Positions 11,236 through 23,000 of a DNA stretch of 64,000 bases are shown in pieces (the first letter of the stretch is position 1; each line of letters opens with the position of its first letter). A model generated the notes under the pieces. That model saw nothing but the letters and a program-made list of their open reading frames with translations, had not been told where the DNA came from and searched no databases. The position numbers were made by a program, and so were the translations under genes. The DNA is from Mantamonas sphyraenae STR306. Its lineage: Eukaryota > Protista > CRuMs. The stretch lies in NCBI GenBank assembly GCA_026936335.1, contig JAPMXV010000030.1:186001-250000 (forward strand), read 5' to 3'.

Positions 11236-13191
11236 GTTGTCGGGGGATCATCCTCGTCGTCGTCATCAGCATCATCATCAGATTCACCGTCGCAAACACA
11301 CCATGTGCTGGCTTTCCCCCCTGCTGAGTCGTATGAAGCGTTGGTGAAGGGGTTGTGCACGCTGTTCGCCTGTGACCAGCAGCCTGATTCAACAGCAGCC
11401 AAGCCGGAGGGGACGCGTGACGACGCGTGGGCGGAATTTCAGGCGCTGGGATTCTCCGCGGGTGTGACACGCTTCCACAACGACATGGAACGCATGCGAG
11501 GGCAGATCAAGTATGCCCTGCGAGCACTCGTCCGTGCATACTGCGTGCAGGCACAGCTGGTGGCTGGCAACGGCAGGAGCGCCGACGTTTTGATGGAAGG
11601 CCTTTTCGGCGTGCGCATCCAAAACACGCGCAAACACCTGCGCACGGAGGTTACGCTTGCCACGGAAGAAGAAAACGCATGGGATGACAACGAGGAGTAT
11701 CTGTACGGCGACGACGAGGGCACGGAGGGAGAGGGCGAGCTGTACGGCGACGACGGGGGCACGGAGGGAGAGGACGGAGATGCGACCCGTGCCCCGTCGT
11801 TGCTCACCACAGAAACGCCAGGGCACTCTGCACCTGCAGTGACAAACGCGGGAAACGGTGTCACAGACGAGGCAGAACCCACTGCGCATGGAAGCGCTGG
11901 GGACTGCACGGAAAAGAAGGCGGCGTTCAAGGATCTCGTGAATGACCTCTTTTCCTCCGACGAAAGGCAGGTCCTCCGTGGGGAGTTTCGAAGCACACGC
12001 GGGCGGAGCGTCGACGAATCAAGCCTGGCGAAGCTGACGCAGTTGCCATCCGAAACGGATATGGGTGTGGGCGTGGAGGCAGAGAACCTCACAGCCAACC
12101 ACTTGCAGGAACGTGTTCGCTTCCTCTGCGTGTTTGTGTTCGTGGCCATCTACAAGAGCACTGGTGTGACCGACGGCACCGTCGACGCGGCAGCCCATGC
12201 CACGTGCACAGCCGCCGCGAGCCTCTGTGGTGCAACGGGTCGCTCATTCCTGCCACAATCGCGCGCCGGCGCCACTCCACAGACCATCGTGACAGCACAG
12301 GGAGGTCTGGACATTGCCCTGTTGCATACAATGGCCAACAAGAACACACCCCTTCATTCAATGTGGAAAGAAGTGCAAGCTCTGAAGCCGAGGGAGCGAA
12401 ACAACGAGCTGTGGAGCAAGAAGAAAACGTTGAAGGCAGACGCCGATGCTCCACAAGAGCTGAAGCGGACGTGGAGTGCTGCCGACCTCGTCGGCTACAA
12501 CATGCAACTGTTGCGCGACGGGTCGGCAATCGAATACCTCGACCCCATTCGAGACTACGCCATGAACGGACCCAACGCAAACCCCAAACAACCCAACAAG
12601 TTTCTCCACGTACAGCTGGCAAATGATCTGATCATCTGTGGGGATTCGGTGTACAGTACCAGATACAAACCACGACGATTCATGTGGCAGGATCTGTTCA
12701 CGATTTCAGCGGAAGACGGCAAACGCGTGTCGCTGGTAGGCTCGCACCAGGGACATATCCAACCGACTGTGCCTGTCCTAAACACCCTGAGGGGATGGGT
12801 GGACGACAAGGGGAAGCTGGCACCGACACTTCACCAGATGCAGGTTTTGGCACACGGCTTATGGAAAGCACTTGGTGTGGAGTGGCGTGACCGCTTGCAG
12901 ACAGAACTCGAGAGCACAATGTCACCAAGCGACCACGAGCTCGTGTGCAAGTTTGTCAGCGAGCTTGGAAAGCACGGGCCACCGACAGCCGAGAAGCTTG
13001 AAGATGTGATGGAAGAAAAGAACGTGCAGAAAGACGACCAGGATGAGCTCCTTCGCGACTGGAAAGGCATCCTTTGCTCGGCTGGCAATGGTATCCAACA
13101 GAATGGCACTGTGTTGTCGACGTCATGGTGGGCCAAAACCGAGGAGGAGGACTTGTGCTCGGGGGACTCCTCATCCTCCTCCTCCTCCTCC

Positions 13192-13267
<76 letters not shown>

Positions 13268-14180
13268 CTCCTCCTCCTCCTCCTCCTCATCATCATCCTC
13301 ATCCTCTGCTGCTTCTGATGCGTCGACGGCTCCGCAAGCAACGTCTCGCCTTGCGTCTGCAGAGCATGGCCTGTCGCTGGGTTATGACCCGGGGGTGTAC
13401 CAACACGTGGGTGCACTGCTGTACTACCTGGATGCTGTGCAGGTGGCAGAGCTGGACGCTGGCGTTCTTCGGATCCGCTATGCGTACTCCTTTGACGTAC
13501 CCGGAGCCAACATGCGCCATCTGGAGGCGCGGTCTGGACACAGTGAGCTTGTGAAGCAACTCACTGAACACGGCATCACAATGGCCAACACAGAGCATGG
13601 GTCCAAAGCATGGACGGCAGCACAGAAGGCAACGCAAAAGGTGGCCGAGGAACTGAAACCGATCAAGCACCACCTTGCGCGTATCAAGAAACACGGCAAT
13701 GCAGCTGTCGTGGCAGATCTGCAACGGCAGTGCGACCACCGAGTGCATGTGGCCTATGGTGCGGCACCGGTGATCGCCTCTGTGCCAGTGAAGGAAGATG
13801 CGAAACAGATCTCCACAGTGTCAAACCTGACGATGACACCCGAGCCTCAGACCTCCAAGCGCTCTGCGTACGACTGTAAAGTCGTTCACAAACACGCCTG
13901 GAGTCTGAATAAGGATGGATCGCACAATGATCGCTGGTGGATTCACGAGGTAGCAAGCAAGGCGCTGCCAGGGAACCTGGAATGGGTGGCACACAAAGAT
14001 CGTAGTGCTGCCATCAACATGGCCAACAAATGTCACGCAGCTCGGCGTGGCGTGGAACTGTGGGCATTCAGCTGGGTGTGGAGCGATCGGCGCGCGCATT
14101 TGCAAGAACGCGCGCGCCGGGCCATGCATGGTGGACAAGATGCAGGCAATGGGAGTCAAGATGTACAGGTAGACATGTAG
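8515..14180 (+). CDS. Giant Fanzor1/TnpB-like RNA-guided RuvC nuclease (~1,890 aa once the 1-nt indel at ~13268 is corrected)
   Basis: RuvC-I SLGYDPG (D at 13386-13388); VAYG (Gly at the canonical Glu position); downstream TPEPQTSKR (E at 13842-13844, cf. vdEyxTSkxC); RuvC-III HKDRSAAINMA (D at 13998-14000). Upstream Fanzor1-like motifs RSFLPQ..PQTIV and IICGDSVYS. ORF 8515-13554 and ORF 13074-14180 join in poly-Ser. Confidence 0.75.
11701..11778 (+). repeat. 39-bp tandem duplication (LYGDDEGTEGEGE / LYGDDGGTEGEDG)
   Basis: ctgtacggcgacgacg(a/g)gggcacggagggagagg occurs at 11701 and 11740. Confidence 0.9.
13168..13306. repeat. (TCC)n/(TCA)n microsatellite encoding poly-Ser; contains the frameshift
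   Basis: Directly visible; the register slips at tcc-tc-tcc (~13267-13269). Confidence 0.95.
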
Positions 14181-14270
14181 AGGACGGTGGCCAAGTGAGA
14201 TTCGATTGAACTAGCGCCTGTATGCGGCGCGAGGTGTTCTGAAAAATACAGTTTTGAGCAAACTCAAAGC
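14100..14270 (+). ncRNA. Candidate Fanzor omegaRNA region
   Basis: Position at the 3' end of the RuvC ORF; hairpins GCGCC-N7-GGCGC (14214-14230) and TTTGAG-CAAA-CTCAAA (14253-14268). Inferred only. Confidence 0.3.
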
Positions 14271-17200
14271 AGCTGCTGCACCAACAACCGGATGGTGTTC
14301 TTTGCACCGGCTTCGGTGTCGTCGCCAAACACCTTGGGCATGAAGGAAGGCTGGAATCCTTTTGTCTTGGAAAGTTTGATGTCACGAAAGAGGCGGATGG
14401 ACATGACAAGGGCGTCGAGAGAGGACGGGTCGTCCATCCAGAGGCGGTATGACTTGCGGCGGCCGACAGTGAGAAGGAAGTACATCTTGTGGCGCGTGTA
14501 CTCGTTGCGCAGGTATTCGATCTTTGTGCGCACGCCGATTTTGTGCTTGCCGAGCTCGATGCCGAAAATGTTGATCTGGATTTCGTCGCTGGTTATACAA
14601 AGGGTGCGTGCCATTTCGTCGTTGTCGCTGTAGGCTGTGAATTCGCCCTGCTTCTTGTAGACCACCTTGCGGAGGATAGAGGTGACCTGAGGGTCGACTT
14701 CGAGGCCGCTGTACTCGGCAACCTGTGTGCGGCCGTAGGCGCCATCGGAGCGCACGGGGGTGTACTCGCAGACGATGGTGCAGTCGAGATCGTCGACAGA
14801 AGGTTGGTAGGTGCGTCCACAGTGGTTGTCAAAGACCTCGTGGACGCCACGTTCGTGTTGGACGCGATGGAAAATAATGACCGAATCACCTTCCTCTCCG
14901 CCTGTGTAGGTGCCCATGACCATGAGGGGCACGCTGTGGTAACGACCACCGACAATCTGGACGTTTGTGACACAGGGGTCGCCGCGAGCGACGACGTTGC
15001 TGGTGACGACCTGGACGAGGGGTCCGCGGCCGTAGCTGTTGCGCGGGACGCAGGTGCACATGAGAGGGAAGCCAATGTCGTTTGCAGTGGGCACATAGAA
15101 GCTCTGGGAGTTTTCAGAGGCGTGGTCGATGAGCTCATGGTATGGTTCACCAAGGGCATCGATGCGCACGCGGAACCACTGGAAGATGCAGTCGTCGACA
15201 TGGCAGTTGACAAAGTCGCCCGTGACATGGAGTTCGAGGGCCTCCTGGGCCTCGATGGTGAATTGGAGGTTGTGGACGGCGGGCACGGGAGTGTCCTGCA
15301 ATTGCTGCTGCTCCTTGACGTCGACTGTGATCTGGCGCTGGTCGGTGAAGCGCAGTGGCACAAGGCCAGTGCGGCCGTTCATGAGCGACTGTGCATACAC
15401 CCAATTTGCATCGTGTTCGCGAAGGAAGATGAGGGCGTCGCCCGTGTCCATGGAGAGCTGTGAGGAGTCGCTTGCGCCAAAGGGATGGACGCAGAGGAGG
15501 ACGGTGAGCTGGGACAGCATGCGCTCGCCGGCGCCACGCACGTGTGAACTGCTGCCATTGTCGCCCACCACCTCTCCCTGTTTGTGGCGTACGCTAAGGC
15601 TGCTGGTGGAGGAGGAAGAGGCCGAGGAGGTGGCTGTGGTGGCCTTGGCGGACGGGACATGGGCGATGCTGGTAGAAGTGTCTGTCCTGTTCTTGCGTGC
15701 GGCAATGGTCTCTGCTTGTGCACGCTTGAAGCTGCTGGACTGTTGGATGCGAGCGACGACAGATTCGGTGGTGGAGCTGACCGAGGTGAAGGAGTTGACT
15801 GTGTCGTTGCGTTCTCTGCCGCTGGCTGTGCTGAGGACACGCATGGAGAGGGCGTTGTGCTGAGCGTCGAGTTCCTGCATTTGTTCGTTGATGGTGAGGT
15901 CAACCTTGTAGTCGATGGAGTCGCTGCTTGAGCTGAGCCTGCCTGAAGAGTCGTCGCTGCGTGCGGTGTCGCCTCTCTCACGCGCTCCTGCCCCGCCTCC
16001 GACTACCCTGCGCATGTCCTGTTCGGCACGCGCAAGCTGTTTGCCCACCGTGCGTGCGTCTGTGTTTGCAGTGATGCTCCCCATTTGCTTGCCAATCCAG
16101 GTGAGTCTACGTGCCGTGCGCGTGTCGACGTGGCCCGATGCGTCTGTGCTGCGTTGCTGCTGCTTCTGCCGAGATTGCCTGGCTGACTGTTCGATTTCGA
16201 TTTCCTGCTGGACGTCGTCGGGAAGCTGCGGAAGCTCGGGCAGATCGGGCAAATCGGGCAGATCGGGCAGGTCCGATTCGTCGAGGCTGACGCTGTCTGC
16301 ATTCTTCGCAGCCATGGCCTCAACGGCCGCCGAGACGCCGCGCAATGAGGCTGTGCCGACAATGCGGACGCTGTTGCGAACGGTTTGAAGGGAGATGGAG
16401 CAGCGATCCATGCGCTGCTCGGACTTTCCCAGGAGCCTGCGTGCAAGCTGCTGGGACTGATCGCCGATGATGACGGAGGAGCGCTCGCGTGCAGGCAGGT
16501 CGCGCAGACGTGTGGCTTGTCGGTTGCCCGAGCGAGCACGCTTGGGTGCAGAGCCATCTGCGGCGTCGACGTTGTCGTCCTGGGAGTCGGCAAACGGGCT
16601 GGAAGGAGGCGGGACATCGAGATCAAAGACGAGCCCCCTGCTGAGACGGATGGATTCGCGCCGCATTCCATCCAGGTCGATCTGGTTGCTGAGGACGTCT
16701 GCGTCCATGACCCACTCGTCTGCGCTGATGCTTGTCTCCAGGAAGCGGGTGAGGATGGATTGCATGCCCGTCTTCTCCTCCTGCCAGCGCGTACGGCATT
16801 CCTCGTCCTCCTCTTCGTTGAGACGGGACTTGAGGGTGACGCTTCGTCCCACCTGCAGACTGTTCTGCGGCGTGGTTTCTGCCCACACGTCGACATCGTC
16901 GACCTGTACGACGGCCAAGTCGCCCGTGGTCATCAGAAGCTGTTCCATTTGCTGTGCGTCCGGCACCACATGGATGCTGATGTCGTGTTGCGCTGCGCTG
17001 GGTGTTTGTCCAGACTCTTGTTGTTCACCTGTGTCCACCGAGGTCGAGCCTGCGCCTGTGGCGGCTGTGCTACTGGCGAGGGAAAGGGTGTCGCCCGAGT
17101 CGTTTGCTTGTTCATCCTCGACTACGACCTCTTGAGAGTCCTGTACACGTCCCTCATCCTGCTGATGCTGAGTGTGTGCTTCTTTGCTCTCATTGACTCC

Positions 17201-18543
17201 CATTGTGGTTTCCATGGCCGACTGGCTCCACGAGACGGCTTGTTTCGGGGCGGGCAGATCCTTCAGCTGCGCAAGCTGCTCCTGTGTGATCTGTTGCGAG
17301 AAGCGGCTGTACCTGCTGCGAATCTTCTTGGCGCGGTCGAGCTTCTGCACCAGTGGGTCCAATTTCAGACTCTCGCGGCGTGTTTCGTTTTTAGCGGCGT
17401 CCCTGCGGACAATCTCTTCAATGTCCTCGTCTTCGTCGTCGTCTTCGGCGTCGCCCTCGCCTGCACGGCTACGCAGACTCTCTGACAGTGAGCGAGCACG
17501 GGCCAGGATCTGTTGTTCGTCTTCTGCCGAGTCGAGCTTGGGTTCAGGTTCTTGTTCCTGTGTGTGGGCGGGTCCGGCGCTGCTGGACGCCTGAGTCGCC
17601 GTTTCTAGAGCCACCTTGACGCGGCCCAGCAGCACTGTGGTGACCATGTCCTCCAGGAAAGGGCTCTCTTGGATGGCATGTGCAGTGACACCCAGGTCCA
17701 GGCCCAGGTTATGTTTGAGCACGGTGAGGCTCTCCTCCCAGGCGAGCTGGTTTTCCACAAGCTGCGGGACGGGGGTGAGCGGGGCTGTGTGAGCGTACGT
17801 GGCTGTTGGCGATGGGCCAAGGGGTTGCGTGGCTGTGAAATGGGCGTGGGACCAAACGCAGGTTCCTGTTGCATGCACTCACGTTGTCTATGCTATCTGA
17901 CAGGCCCCAGTGCTGCTGTACAAGGCTCGCGACAAGGCGGCCATCGGAGAGGCTGCCCATTTTGTAAAAGGGAAGAGCCGGCGAGTGTCAGCGGTGGGAT
18001 CAAACGGGCACAAGCGAGCAGAGGAACGGCACCATGCCATATGTGTGCATCGGTTGGAGAGGGGGGCGGGACAAGATGAGGTTGGGAAAGGGTGCTCGGA
18101 AGCGAAAAAAGAAAGAAGAGAACGTACATCCTGCGCGGTTTGAGAGATGTGTCCATGGACATTTTACCCTCTGTGGCAAGCCAGGAGAGGAGCTCGTCGC
18201 GAACAGAGCGTTTGGTGCCGTGCATGCCGAGCTCGTGGTGGACAAAGAGGGTCCAGAGCATGTCAGCGAGCATGCGAGAGTCACCGGACCAGAGACGGCC
18301 GGCGTCGAGGCCGCGCACACTCAGGCCAAGATTCTCCATGGACGCGAGGGCGACGAGGCAGTTTTCACGTTCCTGGATCTCCATGCGTGGCTGGGCATTG
18401 TATGTACGAGTGGTGTAGCCCGTGAGGACGTCGAGGAGGTGGATGAGGCCCACGGAGAGGTTGGAGTCCAACAGCGGTTGGTTGTTGGCCTCCAAAAGGC
18501 CATTTGCCCAGGTACACAGCAGGCGAGTGGCGTCCAAGTCCAT
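14264..18543 (-). CDS. Tandem calponin-homology + SH3 + AIR9(A9)-like Ig repeat cytoskeletal protein (introns ~18126-17953, ~17882-17762)
   Basis: CH1 (LCTWANGLL..LIHLLDVLTG..RENCLVAL..MLWTLFVHH) and CH2 (ELLSWL..SLSDGRLVASLV); SH3 (HPFGASDSSQLSMDTGD..NWVYA..GRTGLVP); two A9-like repeats (FQWFR..YVPTANDIGFPLMCTCVP; YQPSVDDLDCTIVCEYTPVRSDG). Confidence 0.75.
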
Positions 18544-18632
18544 GGTTTGACTGCACGCACTGCGCTTGTGTGCTGTTGGGGTGAGTTTCTTTGCGTTGGC
18601 ATGCGCAGGCGGGGCCACGAGAGCAGCGAGCG

Positions 18633-20023
18633 ATGGAGGTTGCAGCAGGAGACCTGTATGACCGTCTGGTGGACATCCAGATCCCAGAGCTGAACGAACA
18701 GGGAGTGCTCGCCGCGTTGAAGGGCGGATTTGGCGATGCGTCGTTCGATGAGCTGGTGTATGCGCTGCTGGGGCAGCTGAACGACGCCGAGGAGATGTCT
18801 GTGGACGGAGGAGGGGCCAAAGAGGCGTTTGAGCAGCTTTGTACAGCACGAGGTGGGTGGAGGTGGCGAGAGGAGGGTGTGTGGTGAGTGTGGGTTTGGA
18901 GGGATGGCTGACGTGTGTGCGCGTGTGGGACAGGGTTGGCAACACAGCTGTATTCCCAGGAAATCGACGAAGCGGCGTTCTGGAACGCGTACTACGCAGT
19001 GGACCAGCTGGCGAACGAAGTGCAGTGCGAAAGGATGCTTGGAAGCAAGCAGAAGAGCGCCACAATGGCCAATATTGTAGAGACGGTGACACAGAGCGTA
19101 GGTGGAGGTGTTGAGCTGTGCGGGAGGACCCACACGTGGGGGGAGGCTCGTTCCACGCACACTCACACACATCCACACACATCCACACGCACACAGACGA
19201 GTTTGGCCACACGAAACCTGATCAAGACATGCAATGCCCTGGAAGTGAGCGTGGACAAGCAGAACGATGCGGCAGGACTGCTGAGGCAATGTGCAGCGCA
19301 GGTGGATCGGCTGCTGGAGAAGCTGCCCGAGGGCTACCTGGACGGATGCCTGTGCGGCGACGAGATGAGCATGGAGAGAGTCTGAGCGAGGCGCAACTGG
19401 AGAGGCTGGAGGAGATCAATGAGGCGTTTGAGGAGCACTACGCAACAAGAAAGGAGCTGCTGCGACGACGCATGGACGTGACGATCACGTCACTGAGCTA
19501 TTCGAAAAAGGTAAAGGGGAATGAGGAGCAGGTGGACGACATGGTGGCTCGCATGAAGGCTGCATTTGGCTTTGACGTGGACGAGGCGGTTGTGCTTTCG
19601 CACGCATTCCAAGCCAAGCACAGTGTGCTGGACTTGTCCAAAACCAACTCGCGACCCTCTGCAAAACGCTCTTTCGTGAAAACACTCATCATTGGCGATG
19701 TGCCGGACCGTGGTGGACGGCCGTTGGAGGGGCGTGGCAAGATCAACATGCCTGCGTTCCGACAGCGGTCGACGGGCGGCGATGGAGGAGGCGGAGGCCG
19801 AAGGCGAGGAGGTGGTGGCGGTGGTGGTGGGCGACGCAACAACAACAACAACAACAACAAGGGCAAGAAGAATGACCGCGTGGAGGCTGGCAAGGGCTGG
19901 CAGGGCGGGAAGCAAGGCGGCAACAACAACAACGAAGGAGGAGGCGGTGGCAAGGGACGCAGGCGCAAAGGCGGCAACAAACGCAAGAACAACAAGCGAG
20001 GCGGTGGAGGCGGGGGGGATTGA
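18633..20023 (+). CDS. FAM98: FAM98 family protein with RGG-rich tail (multi-exon; indel at the AG repeat ~19375-19380)
   Basis: INEAFEEHYATRKELLRRRMDVTITSL and IIGDVPDRGGRP signatures; G/R/N-rich C-terminus. Confidence 0.8.
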
Positions 20024-20056
20024 TTGCAAACAGGAATTCATTGGTGTTGCCTCTGC

Positions 20057-23000
20057 TCAGCCGAACAGGGCGCCATCACGTTTCTTGAGGACGGGCACCA
20101 GAGTGTTTTCGGGCGCGTCTTCAGCATAGGGGAAACTTTGCTCGTCGAGGCGGCCCATCAGGATTCCCGGGGTGGCGGGGGTCTTTGTGACCGGGAATGG
20201 GTCGCTGGGCTCGCGGCCGCAGTCCAGGTTGGTCTCGATGAGCGAGACGCCGTAGGTCTCGTCTGCCCACCGGATGCGGCCCTTGTTGCGCCTGTCCAGA
20301 GGCGGCACCTTTTTCGCAGAGGCGCCGAGGCCCTTGTTGAGGGTGTTCTTTGCACGTGCAGTCTTGTTCTTGTTGCGGTTGATGATGGCCAGCGCCTTGG
20401 CGCGGTTGTTGATCTTGGCCGCCGCCTCTCGGTTGTTGACCACGTACTTGCGCACTGTGGTGCGACCATTCATGGTTGTGTGCATTTCGGTCACGTCGGC
20501 CAGTTCCGGTGTGCTCAGCCCAGCCAGGGTCTCGGCAGCCTCGGAGCGTGCCGAGGAAGGAGTCGTGGTGCTGCTGCTGCTGCTGTTGTTGTTGGAGGGT
20601 GTGGACGACGACGACGATGACGACGCTTGAAGGGTGTCCTGGCTCAAGTGGTGTTTGAGCTTTCCCATGGCACGCTGTGCCTCCTGTTCGATGGTCTGCT
20701 GGCGTTCGCGTCGCTGCACCCTGCGGATGACGTGTGAGGTGGCTGACGGCGTGCCAGACACGGCCATGTCATCCTGTTTGGAGGATGAGTTGGCGTTGGG
20801 CGTGTTGGTGGAGCTGCTGCTTGGTGTCTTGGGTGTCTTGGGTGTCTTGGGCGTGGTGGGCGTGGTCGCTGTCGTGCTGCTTGTGTCCTCATCCTGTGGC
20901 TTCTTGCTGCTGTCACCCTTGCTCATTTGCATGCGCAGCAACTTTTCCTTTTCGGCCTTGAGATGCGCCAGGCGTGCACGCTTCTTCTCAATCACACTCT
21001 TGGCGTCGTTGACGATGGAGCCCGCGCGTCCGCGAGCCGCAGCCTCGGCGGCCTTGCGCGAGTTGACGGCCAGGGCGGCGGCGTTGGCTTCACGGTCAAA
21101 GCTGAGACGGGCCAAGGAGACGGCCACGACCTGGCTTTCGTCCTGGCCCTGTTTCGTGTTGCCGTCCATCCATTCGGGAAAGGCCTCGTCTGCGCTTTGC
21201 CACTCGTTTGCGTCTGCGCTGCCCGGTGGCGTGGCTGTGGTCGGTGTGGTGGCCGCCTTTGGCGTGCTTTTGACCTGTTTGGACAGCCTCTGCATGAGTT
21301 CACCCATGCGGTCGTCGCTGCCGATGTTCTTGCGGCTGGAGCTTCCCACGCCGCTTTCATTGGCGCGTGCCATGGCACGCCTGCGCTTGCTGGACTCGAG
21401 CAGCGCGTGCTTGCGGTCGCGCAAGCGCTGCTTGTGTGCAGCACGCAGGTCGGCCAGCTTCTGACGGGCACACTGCATGCGCCACCATGCCTGCAGGCGG
21501 ATGGTGGCACGGCGCAGCGCCACAAACGACGCACGCGCCTGCTTGGCACGCACACACTGCTGCATGCGACGTGTGTGTGTGCGCAGCGTGTCGAAGCGTC
21601 GCTTGGACACAAGCATGCGACGCCAGCTCTGCAGACGCACGGCTGCGTCGTGGCGACGTGCACGGCACGAGGCCCACACACGCACCTGACGCTGACAGAG
21701 CACAACAAGGTGGCGCTGGCGCATGAAATGGCACTCGCGTGAGCCACGGCGTACCAAATGGCCACGCAGCAGGCACTGGACCACAGTGGCGGCGGCATGA
21801 CGAGACTCGAGCACCGCCGCACGCCGCCTGCGAGCCAGAAACACACGCACACAGCGTTGGATGGCCGTGGCTGCGTGCACGCGCTGTGTGTGTGTCCTCC
21901 ACAGTGTCTGGATGCACACTGCCGCACGCTGCCTGCGAGCGAGCCAGCGACGCGCACAGCGCTGGACAATCAGGATGCCCTCGCGACGAGCGTGTGCCTC
22001 AAGCCTGCCCAGCAGACCGCGTGTCATGCGCTGAATGAGCATTGCCGCCAGTTCCTCGCGCAGCAACTCGTCGATGTCTTCTTCGGTGGAGAGCGAGCCG
22101 CCCTCGAAATCGGCCATGCTGAGACGGCCGCCGCCTGCGGTCCAACGACTGCTCATTGACAAAATGGTGTCGTTGATGCTGCTACCAAAGCTGTATCGGT
22201 TCAGTCTGCTCGACGTGCTCAGCAGCGAGCCCAGGCTGCGCCGCTGGTTGATGCGGCCCATGTTGATTTCCACCGTCTCGTCCAGACCCTCGGCCTGGCC
22301 AAACAGCCGGCTGCCCAGGGACAGACGTTCGCCCTGGCTTCCATCCATGCTGGGCATGCCCAGGCCGCTGTCGTCCTGCTCCTCGTCCTCCACGTCGTCT
22401 TCGTCATCCTCCTCGTCCTCGTCAACCAGATCCTCGTCGTCCTCGTCATACAGGGCGGAGCGCCGTGCTTCGGTGCTGAGCAGGAAGCCGACGTCCACGT
22501 GTTCTTCCTGGCGCACGCCGATGATTTCGGCCATGGCTGCGCTGCTGCTGCGCCTGGGAAAGCGGTGGTGGAAGCTGATTTCGATTTCCCCATCCTGATT
22601 GACCTCTGCGTCTGCGTCCAATGCACGCGCAAGGTCAAGGTAGTCGTCCTTGGTCACTTCCAGCTGCATCATGTCGTTTCCGTGCAGTACGCTCTCACGT
22701 CGGGCAATCGGAGATGCAGTGTGCGCAGGAACATCGTCCAATTCCATGGCGTCGTCGTCCACCTCGTCGTCCTCCTCGGACTCGGACTCGGACTCGGACT
22801 CGTCCCTGCCCTCCGCCACAGAGCTGTTGATGCTTCCCGGTGTGCGTGTGTACTGCGGCACATGGATGACAGAGTCGATGGAGGTGTGCGAGTTCAGCGA
22901 AGCTGGGGTCAGCAACTGAGAATCCGCCTCTGCGAAACTCAGCACCGTCGCATCGGCCACAGTGTCATCCAACGGGTCATGGGCCTCCGAGTGTGTGTTG

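Larger units (their letters stand above)
8422..14177 (+). mobile_element. Putative Fanzor1-encoding element (ends tentative)
   Basis: Intronless RuvC-encoding giant ORF lying between the convergent 3' ends of two host genes; imperfect inverted repeat 8422-8441 / 14159-14177. Confidence 0.5.

Noticed and set aside
8515-13160. A transposase (DDE, HUH or tyrosine/serine recombinase) within the Fanzor extension
   Set aside because: No convincing catalytic motif seen by eye, so the mobilising partner remains unidentified.
13270-13554. The PPPPHHH...MRRRL tail of the 1679-aa ORF as the true C-terminus
   Set aside because: Out-of-frame read-through; the overlapping frame carries the RuvC motifs.
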